Source of the DNA: Anaeramoeba ignava BMAN
Taxonomy: Eukaryota > Protista > Anaeramoebae
Assembly (NCBI GenBank): GCA_028826165.1
Contig: JAPDFW010000059.1
Coordinates: 124,001-188,000, forward strand
Direction: 5' to 3'
DNA length: 64,000 nt
Shown: positions 63,940 to 64,000 of the stretch, piece after piece
Layout: every line of letters begins with the position of its first letter
How positions within the stretch are numbered: the first letter of the stretch is position 1
Position numbers and translations under genes: made by a program
Notes under the pieces: model-generated
Database searches by the model: none
What the model was told of the DNA's origin: nothing
The model's input: only the letters and a program-made list of their open reading frames with translations

Positions 63940-64000
63940 CTATCATTTGTTTTTTTATGCAAGAAGTTTATTCACATTCAGTCATTTTCTTTAAATTTTT

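Noticed and set aside
1-64000. Alternative genetic code or stop-codon reassignment
   Set aside because: Long ORFs translate without internal stops, genes end in TAA or TGA, and every break is explained by an intron or a frameshift rather than in-frame readthrough.
1-64000. U12/AT-AC or other non-canonical introns; tRNA, rRNA or snRNA genes; telomeric repeats
   Set aside because: All reconstructed introns fit GT-AG with no GTATCCTT donor. No structured RNA gene or G-rich telomere motif was recognisable by eye; covariance-model searches were not run.

Overview
Very AT-rich, intron-containing eukaryotic genomic DNA read with the standard genetic code. The expanded BTB families, Trichomonas-like TCATTTT elements and a prokaryote-type radical SAM gene suggest an anaerobic protist such as an Anaeramoeba-like metamonad; this is inference only. 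I reconstructed 17 protein-coding genes by hand, with 37 complete GT-AG introns: a PARP6/8-like gene (partial), ANK-BTB, SAP/F-box/XPA-like, OSCA/TMEM63, an orphan, an E2F/DP-like winged-helix protein, NT-C2+Dilute, a PflX-type radical SAM, TOR, four consecutive BTB genes (RCC1-BTB, ANK-BTB, BTB-TLDc, BTB-coiled-coil-ARM), Rac, a ~2800-aa STRA6-like receptor with bacterial-type Ig repeats, EMC6 and VPS41 (partial). Twelve single-base frameshifts interrupt otherwise intact genes and are most likely consensus errors. The top signal is a tandem exon+intron array at 47.0-48.8 kb. Each 132-nt phase-1 exon encodes one ARM repeat, the introns are near-identical, and every codon difference among the five internal exons is non-synonymous and mosaic. 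This looks like an exon-shuffling, diversifying substrate receptor on a BTB (Cullin-3) adaptor. Also notable: a 12 x ~145-bp satellite, a start codon probably split by an intron, and microsatellite-inflated introns. No RNA genes, CRISPR arrays, inteins or transposons were recognised.
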